This document shows, one piece after another, positions 11,501-23,500 of a stretch of 64,000 nucleotides of DNA (position 1 is its first letter; the number at the start of each line of letters is the position of its first letter). The notes beneath the pieces are model-generated. The model was not told where the DNA came from and searched no databases. It was given only the letters and a program-made list of their open reading frames with translations. The translations under genes and the position numbers were made by a program. The DNA comes from Amphiscolops sp. MND2022 (taxonomy: Eukaryota). The stretch is taken from positions 56,360,001 through 56,424,000 of the forward strand of contig OZ076409.1 of assembly GCA_964187785.1 (NCBI GenBank). Reading direction: 5' to 3'.

Positions 11501-14500
11501 TTTTGAAATTTTTACAGGGACAACGAAATCAAATCACTACTCAGCATACTTTAAAAAAATCCGAAGATTTTCCGCAAAAAATCTGCTTGAAATCTACTAA
11601 AAAGAGTCAAAAAGTCTAAATTTTTTGATTTTTTGGCAAGTTGTTGTCCAGTGTATTAGCTAGACTCTATCTTTTAAAATTTGTTGTCAATAAATTATTC
11701 AAGGCGGAAAATAAAGCGGTGTTCAGTGGGCTTCGTGTAGTTTGAAAACTAGGAAACATAAGGAATTATTTACAAGAGGGTCAAGTCTTGTAAAGTTATG
11801 AAAAACTGACAAAACTCATGCATGTATTAACCTGTTTGGGAAGTGTGGGGAAAGATATCTGGATGGGGTTATTTGAAGAGACGTCTTGGATGGTAGCCTT
11901 GTTGTCCAAACTCACACTCACCACTCTGCTGTCTGGGGGGAAGAAGATACCGTCCAGCCCCCCGCCTCCTGCGCTTCCAGCAGAAGAACCGCCGCCTGAT
12001 GAAGAAGTCGGTCTGATGGGCTCGAACAACTTGTCGTGCTTGAAAGTGATGACCTGAAACTTATGAAGTTATAATTGTGTAAGATGAACGTTTTAGATGT
12101 GTTCTTACACTAGAAGATTGAATTTGACAGTAAAATTTTCCTAGGTTGCATCGTAAATCAATAACTCAGGTATAAATAATAGGTAGAGGATCTAGCTAGG
12201 AACTTGAATCAAAAGTATGTCATAATCAAACAGAAGCTGCAGAACAATCTGACGTGATAGTTTTATATTATTTATTCGAAGTTAACCGTAAACCTACATT
12301 TTTTGTAGATACAAGGTTAAATTTCTTGTAACATGCCATAAAAGTAAGATGAATCGTTTTTTATTTTATAAATCAAACAACTCTTTGAGCAAGCTTTTTC
12401 ACGTAGCAAAAGGTCATAGATAGAGTTGTAGTAGGTTTCTTTTCAAGTGCCCAAAGTTTGCAGTTTTTTGACCTTGAGAAATAACAAAATCATCGGATCC
12501 GTTTTTTCAACTTTTATCTCACGAACTTTGAAACTTTATAAGGTAGAGGTTTTATAAGGTACTTCCATTTAGCGAAAGTGAATGAAGAAAGATGAATTGA
12601 GCTAACCTGAAGTCTGTGGGTAGTTTGCTGCTTGCTGCTGGCTGCCGCTAAACTCTGGGCTGCCGAGTTCTGAGATCCGGAGGTGGTTTGGCCTGCTGCT
12701 ACTGCCGCTGCTGCTGCTGTGTTGGTGAGCGAGTCAACGGCTGGCACGGGGGATATGGAATTGGAATAGAGCTGGCTGCTTCGAGATTTGAAGATATCAG
12801 GTGGTATGAAAACCGAAACGAGTCCCTAGAGTAACACACAAGATTGATTACAATTGCGGCCCAGAAAACAATAGCAACAGAATCGCCCGTAGAGAGAGCG
12901 GCAGAAGAAAAGAGAGAATACAGTAGAGTGGGCGACGGCTCAACTTAAAACCAGTGAAGCGTGACGTCATCTAATCAAGTCACGTGCAATATGTCACGTG
13001 CCGCCGCCGTTCTGCTCTTGGATCGAAGTTGAAATTGAAGCAGTTAAAAAACAAGGAAAGTTCGAGGTAGAGCGGAAACGTTATCTAGCCGCGGCGTCAC
13101 ATCCAAATACGCCATGGACAGAGGTAGTGTTATAAAAATCACAGTTTTTATAACTAAATTCAGCTGAAGAGATATAACTGATTGCCTTCATAGATTGCAC
13201 AAGCGGTATTTTTCACCTGGTGTAGAAGTAGGCTATTGTGAAATGAAAGCAAAAGATTTGACGAAAGGAAGTTGTTTGTTGGGCAAAGATGATTGCCTTT
13301 GCTCCTGCTGAAAAACGCTCCAGAATTTCTACACATTCGCAAAGATGCACTCAGACATAATTTCAGCACCGTTTGCTGCCCAATTTGCGTGCATGGAATA
13401 AACTTATGCGGGTAATGATCTAGATTATGATAACAGTGGAATATTATTAACTGCAATAACATAAGATAACAGGTTACGAAGGAATGTGCCGTCTGGGTAT
13501 AGCGAAAAACTGATTGCAGCAGGAGAATAAAATAAAGAAGTAAGTAAAACCATCGCTCAGAAGCAATTTTCAAGTAAATTGTTGACTTCAAAATAAAACA
13601 TTTCAAAAACTTGACATTATCGAATTTTGTAAATTCTATGCTGCAAAAAAGTTGTCAAGTTTGAATTCGTTCCGAGTAAAATTTTTTTAAAAGTAGAATT
13701 CACAACCTCTACAATAATGTGCAAAGATAAAATGAACGGCCAACTGGGATTGTTTGAGGGCAGTAATATCTAGACAATCAATTGAAACTTAAGAATTATC
13801 AAATAGGTGACTAAAATATTTGAAGAAACAAAAACTAAGTAGATCGATTTTTTTCCACTTTTTTCTTGGAATCTGCATTACCGCACTTTTTCAGTTGCCA
13901 GTGTCACTAACTTGTGATTTTAGATACCGTAGTGCTTTGGCTGCCAAAATAAGACTATACTGTTTTTTGTACCATTATCCTTCAGTGCAAAAAGGTTAGG
14001 TATTAAGCTGTAGTATATTATAAAGAATATGCTCTGGGGAGTTGAAGTAATGTGAAAAAAAATGTATGCGAAACAAAAGCCCCGTTTACTTAAATCCATA
14101 TACGGCCACTATTTTGCGATCGCTTATTTCGTATAATAATGACGAAATATGTTTTTTGTAAATTTGGGATCAAGCGCGTCAAAAATTCAACGTTGCGATT
14201 GCGGGCGAAAAGTTTGCATCCTTACTGCAAAAGGGGCATCGCTGAAAAACGTGGCGATCAGGTATATGAGAAAGATTAACACAAGAGCATTGCGCCTGTA
14301 GCGAGTATTATCATTGTGGCTGTGCACTGATGCTATAATGAGGAAATTGGCGCTTGGGAATACCAGGTAACAAAATACCAGATAAAATAAAAAGGAGCGA
14401 AAGGAGAGCGAAGGGGAAGCGGCGAACGGGAAAGTTAGTCGGTATGGATTTGTATGAATGGCGGCGGTGGGAGGGGGAGGAGTACCCGATATTACCATCG

Positions 14501-17500
14501 TTTGGTTTTTAAAGGCGGATAAATACGGCGGGAAATTGGGGGAGGGGCTAGAAGTATAGGGGACGGGTTGAAAATGGAACAGGCGGTAAATGATGCAGAT
14601 AACCGAGGAGGGAAAAAGTAGGAATAAAACGAGATGTTGTATCTAATATAGTGGTAAGTAATTTGAAATCGTGGAATAATAAAATAAGCTTATAAGGAAA
14701 GAAGTGGCGGCTGCGATGACGACGGCGGAGAAACCAACATAGGCCGCTCGTTTGGTTAGGAAGTAAATTAGCAAGTAAATAACTAGACAATAACTACTTT
14801 TGCCAGCCTTCATTTCCGAGCTGTACAAAACAAGCAGGCTTCTTCCTGCTGTATGGTCCATACCCTGTCTCTCAGAATACGCCAACATCTTCGATCCTTA
14901 CCAATTTTTACCAACTGTTTCTTATCTCTTTGCTTTTCCCTGCCAATATTTTATATCCTTATCCCTGCTCGACACGACATGCGCAATGTACCGTACATTT
15001 TTCCGAAGCGCTGGTAAATTGTCTCGCTGCACACTAGACATGAATGGGAAAAAGGTGATGAAAACCGAGTGCAAAAAAGTGGAAAAATAACAGTGAAAAG
15101 AACAAGTTTCTTCCCGCAAGATTGCAGCATTTACACCGCGAGTTTCCCTCCCAGTGGTAACCTTCAGGTAGCTGCTAACATACCCGGCAGCAGGAAACAA
15201 GACTAATCACGTCACGTTACTTAACATGACACTGAGTTATCACGTAATCTCAAGCGTACGTCATCGCCCACCCATTACGTCACTGTTAGATCGATTGCAA
15301 TCACTTCCAAAATCTTCACATAACAGAATCATATGGATGTCTGGTTGCTGTTAGCACCACTACAATTTAATAAAACATAAGTAAATGAAAAACCTTTTTT
15401 GAAAAAAAATGAGCCCACGAGAAGATGGATAACAAATGCTAGTGGAAAATGCAGTTAGGCAAAAATGCATTGTGCATAGTCGCTTTTGGTCTATATGAAT
15501 CCAGTAAAGATGCATTTATTAGTGATTAGCAGGATTTCTTCAACCTTCATTCCCATGAGATTTTCTAGTTCGGATGAGCATCACAATTTTCGCTCTCAGA
15601 AAAAATTCCATCAAAGCCTCTTCCATTATACCACGCGCCTCTTTGATTGCATAATCCAATATCAAAAAGGGGAAGACTAAGTCAGTAGATAAGACACGAA
15701 GCATCCCAGAGCGACTGAAGATGTTTCGATGAAAGACGAGCTCAAAAACCAAATGGTTCTTCTTGCGTTTTTGTGTGCCAAGCGTGACTAGGAGGGCTAG
15801 TTTCCAACAAGACGGGAACGTCTCAAGTCGGCGCCCCACATAAGGCTCAAAGAGTGCAAAGTTTTGAAAATATGCCCAGAACGTTTTTCATGAAAAACTT
15901 ACGTAAAAGTATGGAAACACACAGAGGGTGCCTATTGTGCTCAAAAAAGTTCGGATATAGTTGTTAAAGTGCAAATTACTTCTGATATAACGTCAGAGTT
16001 CGGATATAGCGCAATACTTTCGACCGTCCGCTTTCGCCTTAGTAAAATGCAATTTGCCTCGAATATCACGTAGAAAAGTCACGTAGACATAGCGTGCTGA
16101 GATAAATGGTAGCGCTTTTTTGACCATCGGCCTCCTCCTCCGTAAAGTGCATGTTACTTCTGATCTGACGTCAAAGTCAGACATAGCGTGCTGAGAAGAA
16201 TAGGAGCGCTTGTTTTTGAACCTCTGCTTCCTCCTCAGTAAAGAGCAAACTACTTCGGATATTACGTTAAAAGTTCAGATATAGCATGCTGAGATAAATG
16301 GGAGCGCTTTTTTCGAGCCTAAGCTTCCTCCTTAGTAAGAAACAATAACTTCGGATATAACATCAAAAGTTCGGAAATAGCGTGCTGGGACAAAGGGGAA
16401 CGCTTGTTTTTGAATTTTCGCCTTCTCCTTAGTAAAACGCAATATAGTTGGGATATAACGTCAAAAATGTTTGGATATAGCGCAATATTTTAGAACATCC
16501 GCCTCCTCTTTAGGGAAACGCTGTTTCATAGTGTCGAAAAACGTAAAAGTAGGGACCCTTTAGTCTCGCCTGGGTTAGTATGCTACGTTAAAGAGGAAAA
16601 ACGAAAGGGGGACTCTTTGCACTAATTTAGACGCGTTCATGAGGTATTCGTTTAAGTTTTTGGTTCAGTTCCTTATGCCAACGGGTACAATTTGGTGTCT
16701 TGTTAAAATTTTGTAGAACTTTTGGGGGAGAACTATTTTGGTCACTTCAGGTGTATCGAAAAAAAGTAATAAAATTTTTTAAAAAACTCGCGAAAAGCCA
16801 TGAATATAGTCAACTATTTTCCCTAGAAACTAGCCGACTACAAACGAGTTACTGTACTAGACTGGCTCTTTTATGCTAAAAGCGCGAACTAAAAAACGAG
16901 TTGTTTGAACCAAATCAGAAACGTTGAATCAAGAAAGTATCAAAAACGTGATACATCTGGACTTCGTACATCTTCTGTTTTGGTCACTATTTATCGATTT
17001 GGATCCGAATTGTTTCGTTTGGCAGTCCTTGCATTTTAGAAGTAAGGTCATTGAAATGATTATTGTGCATTTTCCATCGAAACGGCAATATTTTAGAAAC
17101 TGGGACTCTCTAATGGAAAATGGGATATTATATAATACAGTAAATTGGAAGGACACAATAGAACAAGCCGGGAACGGCCCAAGTCGGCGCCATATCTAAG
17201 GCTCAAACATAGTAAAAGGACTTCAAAGTGTCAAGTGTTTTCTTCTGCAGTACCCGCATGAGGAAAAAATTGAAAAAAAATCCGGAATTTTTTTCGGAAT
17301 TTTCTTGCAAGTTTTTTTGTCTCGTTTAGTGTCTTCGTTGTGCGGCTCGAAAAGCGATTGAAATGTTTGAAGGTATGGGCCGAAAAAGCCCATTCGTTTG
17401 GCAGCCAAAAACTTTGCCTATTGGTTTCCGAAGCAGCACAAGTTACGCATTGAGCTTCTTTGCGAAAGCGATGGAATTAATGGCCCAAGCATAATCGCTA

Positions 17501-20500
17501 ATGCGTGTAATTCAGGCAATTAATTCCATCGCTTTCCCAAAGAAACTCAATATAAAGACAGATATGCCTCCCGCTGCTGCCAATTTAATACATTGCATTG
17601 ACATGTAAGTGTCTCAAAATTCATCTACACATGCAGATTTTCAATGTTCAGTTTTCGGTTTATCATATTAATTCGAGAACATTTTTTGACTAAGTTATAT
17701 CAGTTCAATTATTATTTTCCCAGTATTTAAAGGGACACAATTTGAAACGGCAACGACGAAAATCTTCGTTCCGAAGCCAATATCAGCAGGATTTTTACCT
17801 TATTACTTTTTTTCGTTCCGGAGCCAATCACTGCAGGGTTATTACCTTGATAAATTTTGGTTTACTATATTTTAATACTGTTTAATACTTAACTGTTCCT
17901 TTGTATATAATGGCAATTATGATCGCGCAATTAGGATAATGACAAATATTTTGTTGTATTATGGTGTGTGTATATTATGATGTGTTAGTATGTAATTTTG
18001 ATGTTTTTTTGAAATTTAAATAATTAAATAGGTATCCTGCGAATCGTTTTTGATTTGGGGCAAAAGAACAGGAACAATAGTGGAGCGACACAGTTTTAAT
18101 TGGCAACATAATGCCATCATATTGAATCGAAGCTACTGGATTTAAACAATTGGGTCAAACAATAAGTAATGAGGATTTTATTATTAAATTGTTTAAGAAG
18201 ACCCCCCAGAAAGATTTTATGATGTTGTTCCAATCTTTTTCTAATCTCCTATTCTTCCTAGGGTTGATATATAATTTGAGTTTAAGTTTGTTCAATCATA
18301 ACAAAACAATTGTTCGATAGTTGTACAATTACTACAAAAATAACTTTATTCAATTTTCACCTTGATTGATATATACGGTTTTTTGATCTTTACTAGTAGT
18401 GCCGAAAAATGTAAAAGGGGACCTCAAAAAAGCCTAAGTAACCTCTATCTCAAGTGCCTGTAGAAGTAGTGTGGCAGTTAGTGTTAATGCAAGGCAGCTT
18501 TTAAAGCTTACAAAATCTGTCTCTCAGGATATTTTTCGTCCCAACTGTTCTAGCAATGACATATTTTTGAGGCTCAAGAGTAGCCATAGCACTATAAAAA
18601 CGCATAGAGGTTTGATGAAAAATGGTTTGACACTTTTTGAATATTGTCATGCCATTTCAGAAGGGACCACTTCAAGAAGACACCAAATACTATTGGGTTT
18701 ATCGTCAGATTGTGTGTATTCCAAAACCTAACCAATTGATTTTTCTTTAAATTTGCGCGAAAACGTCAAAATTCCTACTTTTTTGACAAATTTGCGATCT
18801 TTTGAGGAAGTTTTATAATAAACTGTAGATGTCTTCTTTAAAACGTCTATTGGATATTGGGTCCAGTCGTTCTTGAAAAACAAAATTGCTCGAAACGTTT
18901 ACAAAAAAGTATATCAACATTTCAAAAACAACAAATTGATTTTCACTAACTTTCAAGTCGTTCTGACGAACGTTTTGCATACACAAATATAGATTTCTTT
19001 TTTAAAAATTCTGCATGCCTACTCCAAAAGCTTAGACTTTTTGACTATTAAGAAGTTTTGGTAACTTTCAATAGAAATATGTCGAACAACTGCCAAAACT
19101 TGTTTTTTTTCTCGACTTTTTCGGGGTCCTTTTGAGGCTCTTTTCTAACGTGACACTGCAATTCGCCATCAAAAAACCTACTAAATAACGCATTTGTTCG
19201 CGGTTGAGAGTTTTCTTTCTTCCAAGGATGGAAACTTCTCAAAAAATTAAAAAATTTGCATCAGAAACGTTGAATTTAGACTTTTTATTTCCGACTCATC
19301 AGTGTCACTTTTGAAGTACTTTTGAAGCAAAATATTGCAACTGTCTTCCAAATAGCATACTGCATAGCTAGCTATTTCGTTTTCGAGTCTTTTGAACTTT
19401 CCTAGTCACAAAAACGTTCAAAATTTGAACACAAACTGCAGGAAAAACTACAAATTTGAAGTATTTCTGATGTAAAGCATTGTAATTTTCCCATCAAGAT
19501 GGTAAACTACATACCTAATTCTATCGCCTTGGATTGTTTTGAACCATCTAACTCAACAAATTCTTAAAAATTGTACTCGAATAACATGAAGAACCTACAT
19601 AAACTGGAAATTTTTGGAGTTTTCGACAATTTTTGAACCAATTTAAAGCACGTTTGTTATCAGAAACTGGCACTTATCCCATCAAAAAGCCCACCGGACA
19701 ACTCGTTCAGATGTTGTTGAGTCGTTTCAGAATTCTAATCCATGAAAAGGTTGAAACTTTTACAAAAATCGCGTTGTAAAACACAAAAATGTAAAAAATG
19801 AAAGATTTTTTGACTATTTTGGGGTCCTTGTGGCAATTCTTTCATTTTACAAAACTGCATTTATCTCCGCAAACAACCCTATTGGAGAACGAAATTATTC
19901 GTGGTTGAAAATATTCAACGTTCCGATCCATGAAATCTTTAGAAGTTTGACAAAAGTTGCATGAAAACGTGAAAAATCGGTTCATTTTGAAGTTATTGTC
20001 ATTTTGGTCGCAAATTGGGCGTTTTTTTCCTTACAAAATTTCGTTTATTTCCTAAAAAAGCTTTTCTGACAACCAATTTGTTCCTCGTTGAACGTCTTTG
20101 AAATTCGAAGCCACCAAGGCTTTCCAAAATTACACAACAACTGCATAAAAGATTCAAAATTTGAATTTTTTTGTGTTTTTTTCAAACAGAATTTGATGCA
20201 TTTTTTCAACACCAATTGCTTTTATCTCTTCAAAGAAACAACCACGACAACGTATTTGTTCCCTACTGAACGTCTTTAACATTCTAAGCCACCAAGTCTT
20301 TCAAAAAGTACACAAAAACTGCACAAAATTTTTAAAAATTTGATTTTTGTATTTTTGTCACTTTCTGTCTGAATTTGATGCATTTTTTCGACACCAATTG
20401 CTTTTATCTCTTCAAAGAAGCCTCCACGACAACTAATTTGTTCCTTTTTGAACGTCTTTAAGATTCTAAGCCACCAAGTTTTTCGAAAAGTTCACAGAAA

Positions 20501-23500
20501 TTGCATAAAAGTTTCAAAATACTAAAATTTCACGTAATTTGTCAATTTCGGTCCGAATCTGATGCATTTTTTCAGCACAAATTGCCTTTCTCTCTTCACG
20601 GAAGCCTCCCGTACAACGAGTATTTACCTTGCTTAACGTCTTTGACATTCTAAGCCACCAAGTTTCTCGAAAAGTAGACAAAAGTTGCATAAAAATTTCA
20701 ATGTTCTGAATTTTCGAGTAATTTTGTCATTTTGGGTCTGAATTTGAGGCATTTTTTCATTTAAAAATTGCATTTATTTCTGATAACAATTGTTTTCTCT
20801 TTGGATTGTTTTCTACATTCAAAGCCAGAAAATTTATCGATAATTTGACAAAAATTGCATTTTTACAATTTTTGGGGTCATTTTTTGGGTCATTTTTTGG
20901 GTCATTCTGGGGTCTTTGGGGTCAACCAAAAAAGTCCAAAAATCTCGACAAATACATACCGTATGATACTAATTTTATATCAGTTGAATTCTATGGGTGA
21001 AACCCTCAGCTAGGATATAAATTTAATTCTTGGCAAAATTTGTAAAGAAAACCCGTTTGATTTAAATATTTTCCTTTTCCATATGAAATATGGACGGAAA
21101 ATAAAAATCACTACTATAGTCTGCGTTTTTCTACGAAAAGTGCCGACTAAAAAATGGCACTTGTCGAATGCATTTACAAGATGTCGCCCAAACGGGAGTG
21201 CAAACTTGAAAACACGAGGTGTTCAAAACCACTGCAGCAACACTGATGGAGTAAACTGCGCATGCTGTTTACTCCCAAATGAAGGATTGCGCAAAAGACT
21301 CCAAACAATTACCTAAAAAGTGGGGACGTTTGCACTGCAAGTGACAATGAAACATTTTGCACAGTGGCACCAGATCACCGAAAAAACTCTCTACAGTTTG
21401 AAAACTACCAAATCATCTCCCCCTCCTCAACATCTGGAAGACCTTGATTGGAGCATAATTGACTAAAGACATCGAGATTCTTCTGCATTGCCCAGAGGTT
21501 ATTTTTTTTCAATACACTTCAGTACTAACTTCAGTGTATTCGAAGAAAATGCACGACTCTTACAGTGGCTATTTTTTTCCGTCAGTTCAACGCGATCGGT
21601 CCACTTTTTTGTTCATTCGTTCAACCTTCTGGCCGGCTACTTTTCTGGGGTCTGAGAAGCAGGAGAGCGTGGGTTCGAGTCTTGCACTAAACAGTTGAAT
21701 TTTCTTATGCTTCCCAAAGTAGAGGGGAGATCAAAGGGTCCCCCTTTGGGGTTTTTCGGCACTATGCGACTTTTTTCGGAAAATGTTTGAATTCTTTCAA
21801 AGGATACCCCTTGAATTTTTTTGAAACTTTCAATTTGTAAAAAACGTTTTATGAGCCTAAAAGGTTTTTCGGCAATATGCGACTTTTTTTTACCAAAAAC
21901 GTTTTTTGTTTTTTTCCGAAGGGAAGTTAGTTTTTTCTGATGTTTCCAGTTCAGAAAAAAGCTTGTTTTCGAGTTTCGGGGAAATCCCTTTCGGGTATTA
22001 TTCGGCACTGTGTGATAATTGAAAAATTTCACAACAGTTGTTCCTTGAATATTTTTGAGCCATAGAAATGACGCTGACTTGGGCCGTTCCCGGCTAGTTT
22101 GCAATAATTATGATTTTTCTCACATTTGTGATTTGTTTGGTAATCATAACGTTGGGGCATAACGTTGGAGCATAACGTTGGTGAAACGTGAATGAATAAG
22201 TTCGACTGAAAAGTCAATGGAAATTTCATTGCAAATGGGTTGAATTTTCTGTGTTGAACTTTCTTGTGTTGAGTTTTCTGGTATCAAAAAACAAGACAGG
22301 ATCGTCTAAAGTCGGCCCCCGCTGAGGCCTAAAAGCTCTTCATTTTCATGTTTTTGGATGACTTCTTAAAAATTCTGAGGTATAATGTTGTGCGAAAATT
22401 ATCCAAAGGGGTGCTTCAGCCTCTGGAAGCATAAATCTTGTTTGAAAAAAATGCACAGTTTTCTCAACGTATGTGGGAAAAATCTACAGTTTTTTAGACA
22501 GTTTGCGATTTTTCTTACGAATTTTCATTTGGTCAAAGGGCACCCCCAGTCACTTTGATGAATGTTTTCGACCTGAAAAATGTTTGGCCAGCTTAAAGGT
22601 CCTTTTTCGGCACTGAGATTTCTGGCCGACGTCTCTTGTTATTTTCTAAATCAAGAAGCGCCAACTGGAAGCAGAGGTTACATAACTGATTTAGCTTTTC
22701 CAAATTTTGTTCTCAGAAATACTAGAAGCTAACCTTTTTTTATGTTAAACTCTCGAAACTGGTCATTGGGTGCATGTATAGCATCATTTGAATGAACAAC
22801 TTATACTAGCAACAAATTGAATAGTGAAAAAAGAGTTTTAAGCCTTGAATTTTCCCGAGAAACCTTTAAGGCATATCATCGGAAACACCCAAAAAGCTGG
22901 AGCAGTCGAAAAACTCCCGAAAAAGTAAACGTTTAGCATAACATATTCCGCACAAGGTCAACAGGGGTATGTGGGAAAAGGGCGTTATTGAAAGATGGAA
23001 GCAATAAATATCAGATTGCCAGGAATTCACAACTCAAAACAATTTCTTAGTCATGAAGTTAGTAAAGGTTGCTGCTAATTTCGAGAATTTATTCAAGATA
23101 CAAGAAAGTAGTTCGATTTTTCTTTTTGAATTATATGAAGACTAATTAGATAATGCTTCATTAGAGAAGTTTTTATAAAAAAGTAAACTTGAAAAAATAT
23201 AAAAGTTGGTCAATTTCCGGCCAATCACAAAATTATGGTTGTCATCTCGAATTAATTTTTATTCTTCAAGGAATGTTTCTTCATTTCAAAATTTTGAAAT
23301 GAAGAAACATTTACTGACCAAATCTCGGAAAAGGTTCATAAAGTTTTCCCCCGAATAGAATTAATACGTGTAGTTAAATTGCTTGCATTAAGGAAAATAA
23401 TTTGGGAATAATTTGAGGGTGTCAGGACATTTCATCCTATGCAATTTCAACCTATGCAATTTCAACCGTTGCCATTTCAACCGCTCACAATTTCAACCTA

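Noticed and set aside
19400..20800. CRISPR-like regularly spaced repeats (also 38000-39720 and 15950-16510)
   Set aside because: Whole units are homologous, there are no unique spacers and no cas genes, and the context is eukaryotic.
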